In this document: positions 23,299-35,413 of the stretch, piece by piece | Position numbering within the stretch: the first letter of the stretch is position 1 | Layout of the letters: each line of letters starts with the position of its first letter | Program-made: the position numbers and the translations under genes | Notes under the pieces: generated by a model | Database searches by the model: none | The model's input: only the letters and a program-made list of their open reading frames with translations | Told to the model about the DNA's origin: nothing | Assembly: GCF_022045235.1 (NCBI RefSeq) | Contig: NW_027266270.1 | Coordinates: forward strand, 34,348,001-34,412,000 | Direction: 5' to 3' | Origin: Haliotis cracherodii | Taxonomy: Eukaryota | Length of the DNA: 64,000 bases

Positions 23299-25600
23299 AG
23301 CCCATGCAAGTCTATAATGTTTGGCAAGTCTAGATTTCAGCAGTATCAGAAAATGAAGAGAGTCCCTGGGCTCTTTTTTATTTATTTTTTATTAAGATAA
23401 TTTAACAACTATCTTTTTCTGTACGATATGTTCATTTCAGAGACTAAATGTTAGTCTAATCAATCCCCAAACATCCACCTTCGTTAACTTTCAACCTTAA
23501 CAACCCCGATCTCATTCTTATCAACACAATAGGCTATTTCTATCTGTTAAAAGGGTCAGTTACCACAACCCACCTGGGTTGCATACACGTGACCAGTTAC
23601 CATTAATTTACTTGGGAAAACTGTTCTCATATATTGGATTTAAAAAATCGCAAGTTGCCTATCCCAATATACGTCTTAGGTACCGATACAGACACAGTCA
23701 GTTTGTTATGGTCCAACTCGTTTATTTGTCAAAGATCTTTACCGTCATTCGGCAACTCGCTTTTTTTCATTACACAAGTCGCACCTAACGTCCTCTAAAT
23801 AGACAGCAGTAGCATACAGTCACATTTGGTATCACTGGACCCTTAATATATCTTTCTTAAATAATTACCACAATCTACAAGAATCTTCATAACAAGACGT
23901 GCTATCTCTTCCCTTCTTTGTACATAAATTACCCAGATTCTTGCGGCTCAGAAACAATGCAAGGAGTTGGAGAGCCTCTGCGAGAACGCTTGTAATCCCT
24001 AGCGCTCTAATCACGTGTGACTGGTCCGGGCAAACAATAGGGAATGCTATGCTAACTGTGGTGTATGTGAACTAGACTGGGCTCGGGCTGTGCTTGGTGC
24101 AGGGAGTTTAATGGGACCAGTGTCCTCTGTAATAGCCGTGTGTAATTAACAGGCTCGTTCTAAATGTACGGGAAGTTTGGCCCGCACTGGAACAGGAGCA
24201 GGTGAACAAGTCTTCAAGTTGTTAAACAATTTTTTTTTCAAGGGGCGGTTTGGTGGCCCGGTGGTTTAGGCGTTGGTGCGTCACGATGGAGTGAGTTTGA
24301 TTCCCCACATTGTGCGAAGCCCCATCTTGGTGTCTACCGTCTTGATATGATTGGAATTATACTCAAAGTGGCGTAAAATCACTCACGTGTTAACATTTAG
24401 ATTGACATCTAGTCTCTGAAATGAACATATGGTATAGAATAAAACAGTTGATCGATTATCTTAATAAAAATATCATAAAAAGGAACCCAGAGATTCTCAG
24501 AGACTTTTCAATTATTGATACTGATTACTGTTACTGCAGAAATCTAGACTTGCTGAACATTATAGACTGAAATGGGTTGTATTTGATATATTTGTATCAA
24601 TATTCGAGGTAGACTGCTCGGAAGTTCTGCCGGGAATATAAGAAAATGTTTAATAATGTATTCATTTAGCTGTTTCTCCGCCCTCTCTTTACCAAAACGT
24701 CTCCGACCTGCATCTCTACTGACTTTCTCCACTACCGACATTCACTCACTCACTCACTCGTTATCAAAACAGCAATAACAAAGTGTCCCTCAGTTAACAA
24801 TAAATACATCGCCGCGGTGTTCTACACTTATAAAATGACGCAGCGCAAGGGCAGCCAGTCTATATAGCAATTCATGCGTTATGTTCGTGGGTGGGTACAA
24901 AATATTGGATCTATCTCAGTGCTCGTCAGGCGGTGACGTCACGACTAATGACACGTCAAATATAAACAGTGTAAACATGCTTGTCTACCCGCCTGGACGA
25001 TTACTGAGAACGTCGACATATATACAGAAATGTCAGTACCCTTGATTTGTTAAAACGGACCCTTGTTAAATCGGGCGGTTTCACTGGGAACGGTACAGTC
25101 AGGGTTAACGGTCTGTCTGTCGTACACGTTGCAGTAGTCTGTCATACAGATCCTGATACAAATACATCCAATACAGCCCATGCAAGTCTATGATGTTTGG
25201 CAAGTTTATATAACTGCAGTATCTGAAAATGAAGAGTCTCTGGGTAACATGTTTGGCAAGTCTAGATAACTGCAGTATCTGAAAATGAAGAGAGTCTCTG
25301 GGCTCCTACTCTGTCTTACAGACTCTGATACAAATATATATCAAATACATCCCGCGCAAGTCTATAATGTTTGGCAAGTCTAGATTACTACAGTATCTGA
25401 AAATGAAGAGAGTCACTGGTCTCCCTTTTATTATAATTTAATTAAGATAACTGAACAACTGTTTTTCTCTGTACGATATGTTCATTTCAGAGACTAGGTG
25501 TTAGTCTACTGGGCTCCTTTTTATCATATTTCTATTAAGATAATTTAACAACTCTTTTTTTCTGTAAGATATGTTCATTTCACAGTCTAGATGTTCGTCT
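23299..25600 (+). repeat. Local dispersed/tandem duplication of a ~160-bp unit
   Basis: CAGCCCATGCAAGTCTATAATGTTTGGCAAGTCTAGA...GAAAATGAAGAGAGTC at ~23299 and again at ~25174, ~25250, ~25350. Confidence 0.75.
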
Positions 25601-26258
25601 AACGTTTTTGGCGTGTCACAGTGGCCCAGCGTTAAGCCCGCTAACTGTTTCTTTGTTTGGGGACCAGGTGTCGTTCTCAATCTCAAAGAAGTTTTGTCAT
25701 TTAATAACAGCGTTCGAAACATAAAGAAGTAATGAGCAGGATCACAGAGTACTGACAATTTAATCGATTGCCATTTTCAAAATACGTTACAAGTTACTGA
25801 CAGCCCGCCTCCGAGCACGAGTCTCAATGTGTTCAGAATTCCGAGGGGCGATGGTGAAGCCTAGTTAGAGCGTTCACTCGTCAAGTCGAAGGGAGATGAG
25901 TGCCCTCATCCCCAATTCACACCTGATGACATTCTGACATTTCCTACCACGATGACATGTTGTTTCGGTTGTTAAGTAGAATTACTGATAAATGGCCCAA
26001 GTGGCCCAAAATCTGTGTTTGAAGCCATTTATCGAGTTACAGTTAGTGAGTGAGTGGGGTTTAACGGCGCTTTGAACTGTATTCCAGTTATATCACAGCG
26101 TGTCAGCTTTATGTAGGAGGAAATCTTGAATTGATGCAGGTCTCAGACGTTTACCACTTCGGTGAAACCCACGAGCACGGGTATGGTGCTGACAAACCCA
26201 CTCACCTTAGACGGGCCACCAGTGTCCCCTTTAGTTACAGAGTTTCCAGTGTGTGTAA

Positions 26259-26984
26259 TGCTACTATTCCACACAGACCACGAATCCCACGAATTGATAA
26301 GTTTTAGGATTCGTAGTTGAATCGTAATCAGTTGGTGAAATTCTTAACTGATTCGCATATATTCGTAGTCAGTTCTTACAATTCTTGAGCTATCGGGAAT
26401 GCGTCCAGAAGTTTTGAGCTGTTCAAAGTTTTGGCCACGAACTCCCGATTCAAAAATATCGTAGTTAATTCGTAACAAATTCGTAATGCATTCTTAGGCA
26501 TCGTAACTGAATCGTAATCGATTCGTAGGCATTCGTAGGTATTCTTAACTCATTCGGGATTCGTGAATTTGTGGCTTTACGACGAATCGGCTACGAATCT
26601 GCCACGAATCCCACGAATACAAGCCGAAGCTATCTTGAAGAAAAAAACCCAAAATTGTCAAGAATAGTCACGAATTCATTTTTATTCGTACCTGATTCGT
26701 ACATACATTCGGCGTATTCTTAACTGATTCGTAACTGATTCCTAACTTTCGTGCAGTATTCGTAATAGCTTCTTGTAAATCGTAGTGAATTCTTGACAAT
26801 ATACATGCGAATCAAGCCGAATCCCACGAATATTCGTAACTCTATCGTACCTGTATCGTAACTAGATCGTAGAGCGTCACCAATTGAACCAGAATATTTG
26901 CTAAATTCACCGAATACTCACGAATCCTAAAAGTTACAAATCGTGACGATTCGTGGGATTCATGCTCTGTGTGGAATAGTAGCA
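26259..26984. mobile_element. PIF/Harbinger-type MITE with an ATTCGT/ACGAAT motif array
   Basis: TIR TGCTACTATTCCACACAGA..A.GAATCCCACGAAT; TAA TSD at 26256-26258 and 26985-26987. Confidence 0.85.
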
Positions 26985-28008
26985 TAATGGACCCGGTTGT
27001 CATGCTTGGTGACTTGGTTCGCGGCCTGGCGTTGTAACACAATGGCGTGGACCATTGCTCATGGTCCAGATCACTGGATTGTCTGGTCCAGACATGTTTA
27101 CATGGCGCTGTGGTATGGTCGGAGTATTGCTCTGTGTGGCGTAAGTCAACAAACAAACAGTTACTTTCTAATGAAAAGTTTGTGAGTGTTGATTGCTATC
27201 GATGGACCAGGACACGCTGACCTCTTTTTCCACCTAGTCATCTCTTATTTCCTAGACTTTCCTTACGACATAGGAATTGTTGTACGTGTATTTTATGTGA
27301 ACATGGTGACATGGTGTGACATTTCTCGCATGTCAGTCCACTTAACACAGGTGAAATATTCATTCTTTGCTGTTCTACTCTTGAAAACTCTAATATGACA
27401 AAACCACCCATCGCTATGAAATAGACTTGCACAAGTCTCTAAGGAAATGATTGTTAAATCATAATTCCTAGATTACAAAAAAATAAGGACAAGTTGTCCC
27501 TGTGCAAGACAGTGTTTTTCGGTACTGTCCGCGTACTAGTATCTAGACTTACCTATTTTAAGGGTAGCATGGACATATCTTTCAGTACAGCCTTGGAGCA
27601 AGTCTACTACCCCAACGTCACATTCACGCACTCAAAGCAGAAGTTCCGGAGTGAGCGCACGCTATTGTCATAGGGGATCTGCCGTTCTACTAATTAGCGG
27701 CACAACCACTAAAATATAATATCGACAGGCTCTAATATTGTGGACATCCGCTTTGAGCACTCGGAGATTGTTACGTTAACTATTTTTAGCTCCTCTAACA
27801 ACATCTTAAAGACATCAGCAAACATTTGTATGAAATTTATTGATAATTTAAACTCCCCCTCCGTGTTGTAATACAACCTGACTTCTATGGCATTTGTTGG
27901 TGTATGTATGACACGATGTTGGTATTATGGACATTGTGGCTTGGCGCAAACATGTTCACAGCGTCTGTTTTAACCCTTTAACTGTAACATTTGTGACACT
28001 GGTTAAAA

Positions 28009-28275
28009 GGGGCCACGGGTGGCCGCGATGTGCTGTGCAGAGTTGCGTCCCTTAGGCACGCCAGGAACCTATGATTGTGGGTTCGAATCCTGGTTTGCCA
28101 CGATTATGTTTCTAGGTTTGTCAGCACCATACCGATGCTCGTGGGTTTCACCGAAGTGGTAAACGTCTGAGGCTTGCATCGCTTCGGGCTTTCCTCCAAC
28201 ATTAAGCTGACACACCTTGATATAACTGGAATAATGTTAAAAGCGGCGTGAAACCCAACTCACCCACCCACCCAC
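28009..28275 (+). mobile_element. SINE family A
   Basis: Consensus match; TGGTTAAAA flanks both sides; internally deleted minus copy at ~26045-26229. Confidence 0.82.
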
Positions 28276-28726
28276 CATTGGTTAAAATAGATTGCAGCTA
28301 TACCAGAGAGTACACGGATCTCAGACCTGGATAGTGATGGTGTATGCACGTAGAGCATACACTACTGTGTAGATCTAGTGCCAAAGCTGCGTTGTACATT
28401 AAAGTCATTACATAATCTACAATTCATATTCACATTTTGATGCAAAATCACCCATTGACGGTTTCGAGTTGGAAGTGACTGGTCCTGAGCAGCAAACAGA
28501 AAGCCTTATGTTTCACTTTACAGGCCAGACGACTTCATCCAAGCAAAGTACTCTGCAGGATTGCCGATCTTAAACTCACATAAACTCAATGCAGTGGTCG
28601 TTCAGATAGCCTCTCCTTTAAAAACTGAGTCTGGGCCGACTTGATATGGCACTTCGCTTGGTTGACACTCATTTCTGTACCGTCCAGCAGTACAGAACCA
28701 TCAACAAGATCAACACACATTATTTA

Positions 28727-28734
28727 TAATAATG

Positions 28735-28781
<47 letters not shown>
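28727..28781. repeat. (AAT)n microsatellite
   Basis: Direct reading. Confidence 0.95.
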
Positions 28782-28782
<1 letters not shown>

Positions 28783-29943
28783 TACTTAGGTCCGAGACCA
28801 TGGTCATTTTATATGAAATGTGTGTAATACACAAGATAATTATAGATTATATGTGTAACGCGAGATAAAAAAAACCTTTGATTGACCGCCAGAACGTTAA
28901 AAAACGCCCGGCCATTTTGTTCTGTTAGTTATGGTTTTGATGTGTTCCCAAAAATGTAGCATTTTACGAAGCAGAACTAATCATTAAAATAAATCCGTAT
29001 CTGCGATTCATTATGGACATAGGTTTGTAAATATTTGTCAGGGGGCCCCCATGACGAGAAATACCAGATATAGATTTGTATCTACCCAGGAACAGTGGGC
29101 CCAGGTGAATCTTCTAACACTAACGAGACAATGATGAACAGTTGTCGTAAATCAAACAATTCCGTGTTTTATAATCACCCCACGTCTAGACTCGTCCACC
29201 GCAAGGTATCGATTTTCACAGTTTAAGACCGAATCGAGTTTGATTGACGCGGGCCGCGTGAAATTAATACTTTTGACAACTGGGATCATCTCTCCGACAC
29301 TGGACAGCTGACCACTACACCGCCATAACTGGCATCTAGCGGCGACGTTTCGGGTCAAGGTTCACAGTAACGCACTTCCCGTGCTCTCCTGTCAGAAAAG
29401 GTCGGAAATTCCTCAAGAACACCAGGGGATGTGGCTTCCTATTGGCTGTGGATTGAGTTACACTGGGTGTACCATGACAGACAGAAGAAAGACGGCGAAA
29501 GGGAATAATTCATTGAGTCAGTGATAGACGAGGACACGGAATGCCGGGGTGTTGAGTGTGTGACCTATTGTGACAGAATGGTCATCATTGACCGACAGAC
29601 GACGCTAATCGCATACTTCTGTTATAACTAATACCATCTTGAATTCTGGAGGGAGTGTGGTCTCCAAACAATTTTCTTCCAGATGTTGAAGAAGACAAAT
29701 GTAACTGTATAATCCAATGCTACGATTTATATATATTGTTTGAGGCTGTTCTGTCCAATATGTAACCGATATTAATTCCATACAAGTGGCACTTCTGGTG
29801 TTGTCTTGTGTGTGCTGATTCGACATGCCTTTGTTCTTTAAGACTGTTAAGACTGCAGTCAGCGACCTAGACTAATATATGATATACAAGTATATGATAT
29901 TTGTATCAGGGTCTGTCAGACAGACTATCTGCGACCAAAATAT

Positions 29944-30605
29944 GGCAACTATTGTCGGCGGCCTACAGAAGGCAACTATTGTCAGCGACCTACATAAGAC
30001 AACCGTTTACAGCAGCCTATATAAGGCAACCATTGGCAGCGACCTTCATAAGGCAACTATTGTCAGCGACCTACATAAGACAACCGTTTACAGCGACCTA
30101 TATAAGGCAACCATTGTCAGCGACCTATATAAGAGAACAATTGCCAGCGACCTATATAGGGCAACCATTGGCAGCGACCTTCATAAGGCAACTATTGCCA
30201 GCGACATACATAAGACAACCGTTTACAGCGACCTTCATAAGGCAACTATTGCCAGCGACCTACATAAGGCAACCTTTGGCAGCGACCTTTATAAGGCAAC
30301 CATTGTCAGCGACCTATATAAGACAACCATTGCCAGCGACCTACATAAGGCAACTACTGCCAGCGACCTTCATAAGGCAACCATTGTCAGCGACCTACAT
30401 GAGGCAACTATTGCCAGCGACCTTCATAAGGCAACCATTGTCAGCGACCTACATAAGGCAACTATTGCCAGCGACCTTCATAAGGCAACCATTGCCAGCG
30501 ACCTTCATAAGGCAACCATTGTCAGCGACCTACATGAGGCAACAATTATCAGCGACCTATATAAGGCAACCATTCTCAGCGACCTACATAAGACAACCAT
30601 TCTCG
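29944..30605. repeat. 27-bp minisatellite, ~24 copies
   Basis: Unit AAGGCAACTATTGTCAGCGACCTACAT; explains ORFs 29879-30814 and 29901-30614. Confidence 0.95.
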
Positions 30606-31178
30606 TTCGTCTAGTGTGTACGAACTTAGAATACCGTAATACTCGTAATACCGCGAGTTACTGGGTGCGTCTGTTTCGGGCAGGAATCGAACATCGAACA
30701 CTAGCATATACCACTGCATATATCCCTGGTTATGCAAATCATAATCAACGCCAAAGTCGTGTTCAAGAATATTGCACTGATACAGCCACGTGCATACACA
30801 CTTACCATCTGTAAACGTCTTTTGATATGACACTGCGACTCAAACCCCCGACCTTCCGCTCTCCGGGCAAACGCTCATCTACTAGACCACGGAGGCGGTC
30901 TGAGAATGAATCAGGTGCCAACACGCTTTTGGTATTCTGGATGCCCCAGTGCAATACGCAGGGTTCCATGAAAAGTTTATCGGGTACGCGGATGCCAGTA
31001 TTTCATTTTGGAAAGATATTTTTCCTCTTTTTGATTTGTAAAAAGTGACAAATCCATTGAGTATTTAGCCCCCTGCTTATGAGCACGCATGGTAAAACAT
31101 TCTGTATGACAACCCTAGTCCAGTTTACTCGTATGATCTGTATGCTCTCCTATAACTCAAGTGTTCTTAAATTGGAGT

Positions 31179-31432
31179 GGGGTACGGGTGGCCCAGTCGT
31201 CTAAGACGCCGCAACTTGTGCAGAGTTGCGTCCCTTGGCCACGCCAGAAAACTATGTTCGTGGGTTCGAATCCCGCCACAATTATGTCTATAGGTTTGTC
31301 AGCACCATGTCTATGCTAAGTGCTAAACATTTGAGACCTGCATCACTTTAGGCTTTCCTCCCACGTCAAGTTGACACGTTGTGATATAACTGGAATACTG
31401 TTACCAAAGCAGCGTTAAACCAATTCACTCAC
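31179..31432 (+). mobile_element. SINE family A with a 13-bp TSD
   Basis: TCTTAAATTGGAG flanks both sides. Confidence 0.85.
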
Positions 31433-33190
31433 TCTTAAATTGGAGGATAGTTGGCACCCTTTGTTAGAGTTTGAAGGAATTTCTGCAATATTTTCAATGG
31501 AGATGCGTATTGTTAACAAAATAAATCTTTAAGAAGACCGGGTGATATGTGTTTTTCTATAGATTTATTATTGAAAATAATATTTAAGTGATTGGTTTTC
31601 GCCAGTATTCCAGCCATATAACGACATAAAAACATAAACATGACAGGCTAACACATGATACCCATGTGGGATATCGAAGCATGACGAGCGAACACTTTAC
31701 CCACGCGACCACCCTATGCCCCGTATACATTACAGAATACGACTCCACATATTCCTAGGGTGATTTATAAAAGCTATCCTACCTTTTAACGTGTGGATAT
31801 ATTTCTTCACTCGCCACGTGTCATTGTGAAATCGTTTGGTTAACAGCCGACATATTTTGTTGCCTTCGAACTATCGAAGCCGACCCATGTGTCTATCCCG
31901 AAGCTTTTAATTCATGGCGATCAGCCTCCTATGTCACTACGGGCTCCGACACAAGCGTTTCATTGGGTTTTCGATTGATTTAGCTCTTGTGGCTGATTTG
32001 CCCAAGGAGGGAAATGGATTTATTTTGACAGAGTAACGTACATTCCAGTTCTAACAGTGACATTGATGCTGTAATGTTTTGTCTCTGCACTGACGGGGCA
32101 GCTGATGTGTGAAGTTCTCACGTTAGACCATTCCAGCATGCTTCGTGGATAATCAGGATCTGTGTCCTAAGTACCTCGTTATTGTAACTGCAGAATCTAT
32201 ATTACCTTGCATCTAATGCTGATCTTGATCCGATAAGACAAAACAGAACCAAACTTGGATCTGTCAATATGATGAAATATTTCAATGTGTCTTGAACTTA
32301 ATTCCAACGTAAATTGTGATGAAAATAACCTTTTCTTTTATATGTGGACGTCTCCACAGCAACGGTATTCAACTGTTGAGCATTGATAACAGAATGGGTT
32401 GGTCCATAAATGCAAGTACCCATGGTAACACACTACTTGTCGGTTTGTGAATCGGTAAACCAAACAATATAAATTTAATATTCATGTCTTGTTATACAAT
32501 TTTTCAGTCTCATTACTTCCTGTAGGACATGCGTGGGCCTCTGACGAAATGTCGAGAGTTTGAGGGCAAGTCATAAAATATGTTCTCATAAATGACGTAT
32601 GATGAAAATACACTCTCGCTGATGAATTTCTGTGACAATCCATATGTACATATTTTGTTAGTTTGCTCTGGTTATAACAAGCTACGCGAGGATCACTTAC
32701 CACAAACATTTAATGAATATCCGACCATACAAAAATTAATATAAATTATCATTATGTCTACAACTGACTGTAAATTAATTGAACGTCTAGCTATCTATAT
32801 CTATCAAGCGATGTCACTTCGTAGTACATTATTGTCACAACAATAACAGCTGTGTACATCACGTCCATTGTAATACAAATGTAACCATGGGCCGATGGCC
32901 CACATTTACGAAATAAACCGAATTGAAATTGATATCGCATTGGGCTTTGGACCGAATACGTAACACATTCCACAATTCACGAAGCAAATCTGGTCTAGTG
33001 GATAGAGCGTCACACACACACTTCAATAATCTTAAACGCAAAGTTAAACCCCATTCTTAAGCGCGACGTTAATCCCCATCTCAGCTCACCTCTAAGAAAA
33101 CGAAGCCATCATATAGCTGGGATATAACTGCACGCTCGAGTTGCACAGCAGGATGATTTTATTATTATTGAAAGTGAAGAAGATGTAGAC

Positions 33191-33910
33191 TTGCTGAATC
33201 TAGGGGAAATGTATAGCTCTGATGTATTCTGTATGCCTAGAACTTCTCAGGATGAAAAAATAAATAAGTTTGGTTTATCACTTCTTTACATCTGTAAACT
33301 TTGGGGTATCCATATAGTTAATGGAAGAAAGCTTGGGGACAGTGAGGGGTGTTTTACGTTTATCGGCTTTAATGGAATGAGCTTGATAGACTATTTTATA
33401 GCATCAACTACTATATTTGCTCATATTACCAACATGTTTGTGCATAGTCGTACAGAGAGTGATCACTTACCAATATCATGCCATTTTAGTTATTGTCCAA
33501 ATCAAATCCCTCAGTATCCCAAAGATAACGTACACACAACAAGTATCCCAAGATATATTTGGGAAGAAGGTGGAAAACAACAATTTAACGCCAATTTCTC
33601 TTCGGATAAAGTACAATCAATTATTCAGAAATTCTCTAACTTAGTAAATGAGAACATAGATGAAGCTGCAGATGAATTAACAAATCTATTTTATGTTGCA
33701 GGATCTCATTTTGAGAAAGTAAGGAAAGTACAATCAGATGCATTTCAGGTTCATAATCAACCTCAGTGGTTCGATAATGAATGTAATGTATTAAAGAAGT
33801 TGAAATACAACCGTTTGCACCTTCTTCGAACAACAAAAAGTCCCCTAATTTTGAGGTTGTACCTTGAGTCTAAAAGAAAATTTAGAAAATTATGTCATGA
33901 AAAACAATAA
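33191..33910 (+). pseudogene. LINE ORF2 fragment: C-terminal half of the AP endonuclease plus linker
   Basis: FTFIGFNGMSLIDYFI...ESDHLPI and QWFDNEC motifs; stop/frameshift at ~33910. Confidence 0.88.
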
Positions 33911-33993
33911 ATTCTGCCCTACTAAATAAAAACTGCCAAACTTTCTGGAGTAGTGTTAAACGTTTATTACAGTACCGCAGTCGAAAATCTGGG

Positions 33994-35413
33994 GTGCCAC
34001 CGTCTGTATGGGTTACTTACTTTCATGAACTTTTAAATCCTGAACAAGTTTCTGATAATGAGTTTGATAAATCTGTGGCAGATTTTATCAGACATCATGA
34101 TCCTCTGAATTGTGAGAAATGTAACGATACTGAGGTGCTTTCAGATATCATAACAGATGAGGAAATAAAACAAGTATTGAAAACTTTAAAATTAGGTAAG
34201 GCGCTTGGATCGGATGGAATACCACCCGAGTTTTATAAATATTGCATGAATATCGTCCCATACCTAAATACACTTTTCAATGCCATTTTAAAGACAGGGA
34301 CTTTCCCTTGTGCCGGGAATATTGGCCTTATAATTCCTTTGTATAAATCTGGTGAGTCAACAAATCCTAACAATTACAGAGGAATATCCCTCCTAAATGT
34401 AATGGGAAAAATATTTACTTCTGTTGTTGAACATAGACTTAGATACTGGGCTGAAATCAATGAGATGTTATCGGAATCCCAAGCTGGATTTAGAGAGGAT
34501 CATTCAACAACTGATAATATTTTTGTTTTGCAGGCGTTGTGTCAAAAGTATTTAAGAAAACCAAAACATCGTTTTTATGCCGCCTTTATAGATTTTAGAA
34601 AGGCGTTCGATTTTGTTGATAGAAAGAAACTATTGTTTGTACTTCTCCAAAAAGGCGTTCATGGTAAAATGTATAAAGTTATTGAAAATATGTACAAACA
34701 TGTTTGTGCATGTGTGAAGATAAGTAATAGCAGATCGGATGTTTTTAACACCTCTTGTGGTGTAAGACAGGGCTGTATGTTGAGCCCATTATTGTTTATC
34801 CTCTTTATTAATCAATTAGTGTCTGAAATTGAGGCAAGTGAATGCCGGGGCATTTTTGTAAATGAAGTTATTGAAACAATTAAGCTGCTGCTCTTTGCAG
34901 ATGATGTTGTCCTACTTGCAGACTCCGTGATAGAATTGCAAAGAAAATTAGATATATTAGAATAATTTTGCAATAAATGGGCAATGGAGGTAAATATGGA
35001 AAAATCAAATATTATTGTTTTCAGAAACGGGGGTTATCTAAAAAAAGTGGAAAAATGGTTTTATAAATCTATGGAAATGCAAGTAACTTCACATTATAAA
35101 TACCTGGGCATTATATTTTCTTCCAGGTTAATCTGGTCTAAAGCTTGTGAGACTATTTCATTACAAGCTAGAAAGTCATGTTTTCCGTTATTTCAACTTA
35201 TGAAAACTTATCCAGATATATCTTTGAAGACAATTGTTGCTTTGTTTGATTCAAAAATTGCACCTATTCTATATTATGGCAGTGAAATTTGGGGATATAC
35301 ATACAGAGGATCTATAGAAAGAGTACAAAGTTTATACTTTAAAAGATTTTTGAAACTGGGAAAACAAGCGTCTTCAAGTGCCGTTTTGGGCGAAGTTGGC
35401 CGTTCTAACCTAT
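33994..35413 (+). pseudogene. LINE ORF2 reverse transcriptase domain (one premature TAA at 34963-34965)
   Basis: NYRGISLL, QAGFR, AFIDFRKAFD, GVRQGCMLSPLLF, LLFADD, YKYLG, LYYGSEIWG; ORFs 33994 and 34984 share one frame. Confidence 0.93.

Noticed and set aside
29879-30814. 311-aa KATIVSDLH repeat ORF and the overlapping 237-aa ORF
   Set aside because: 27-bp unit is open in two frames by construction; the C-terminal part runs toward SINE debris; no independent coding evidence
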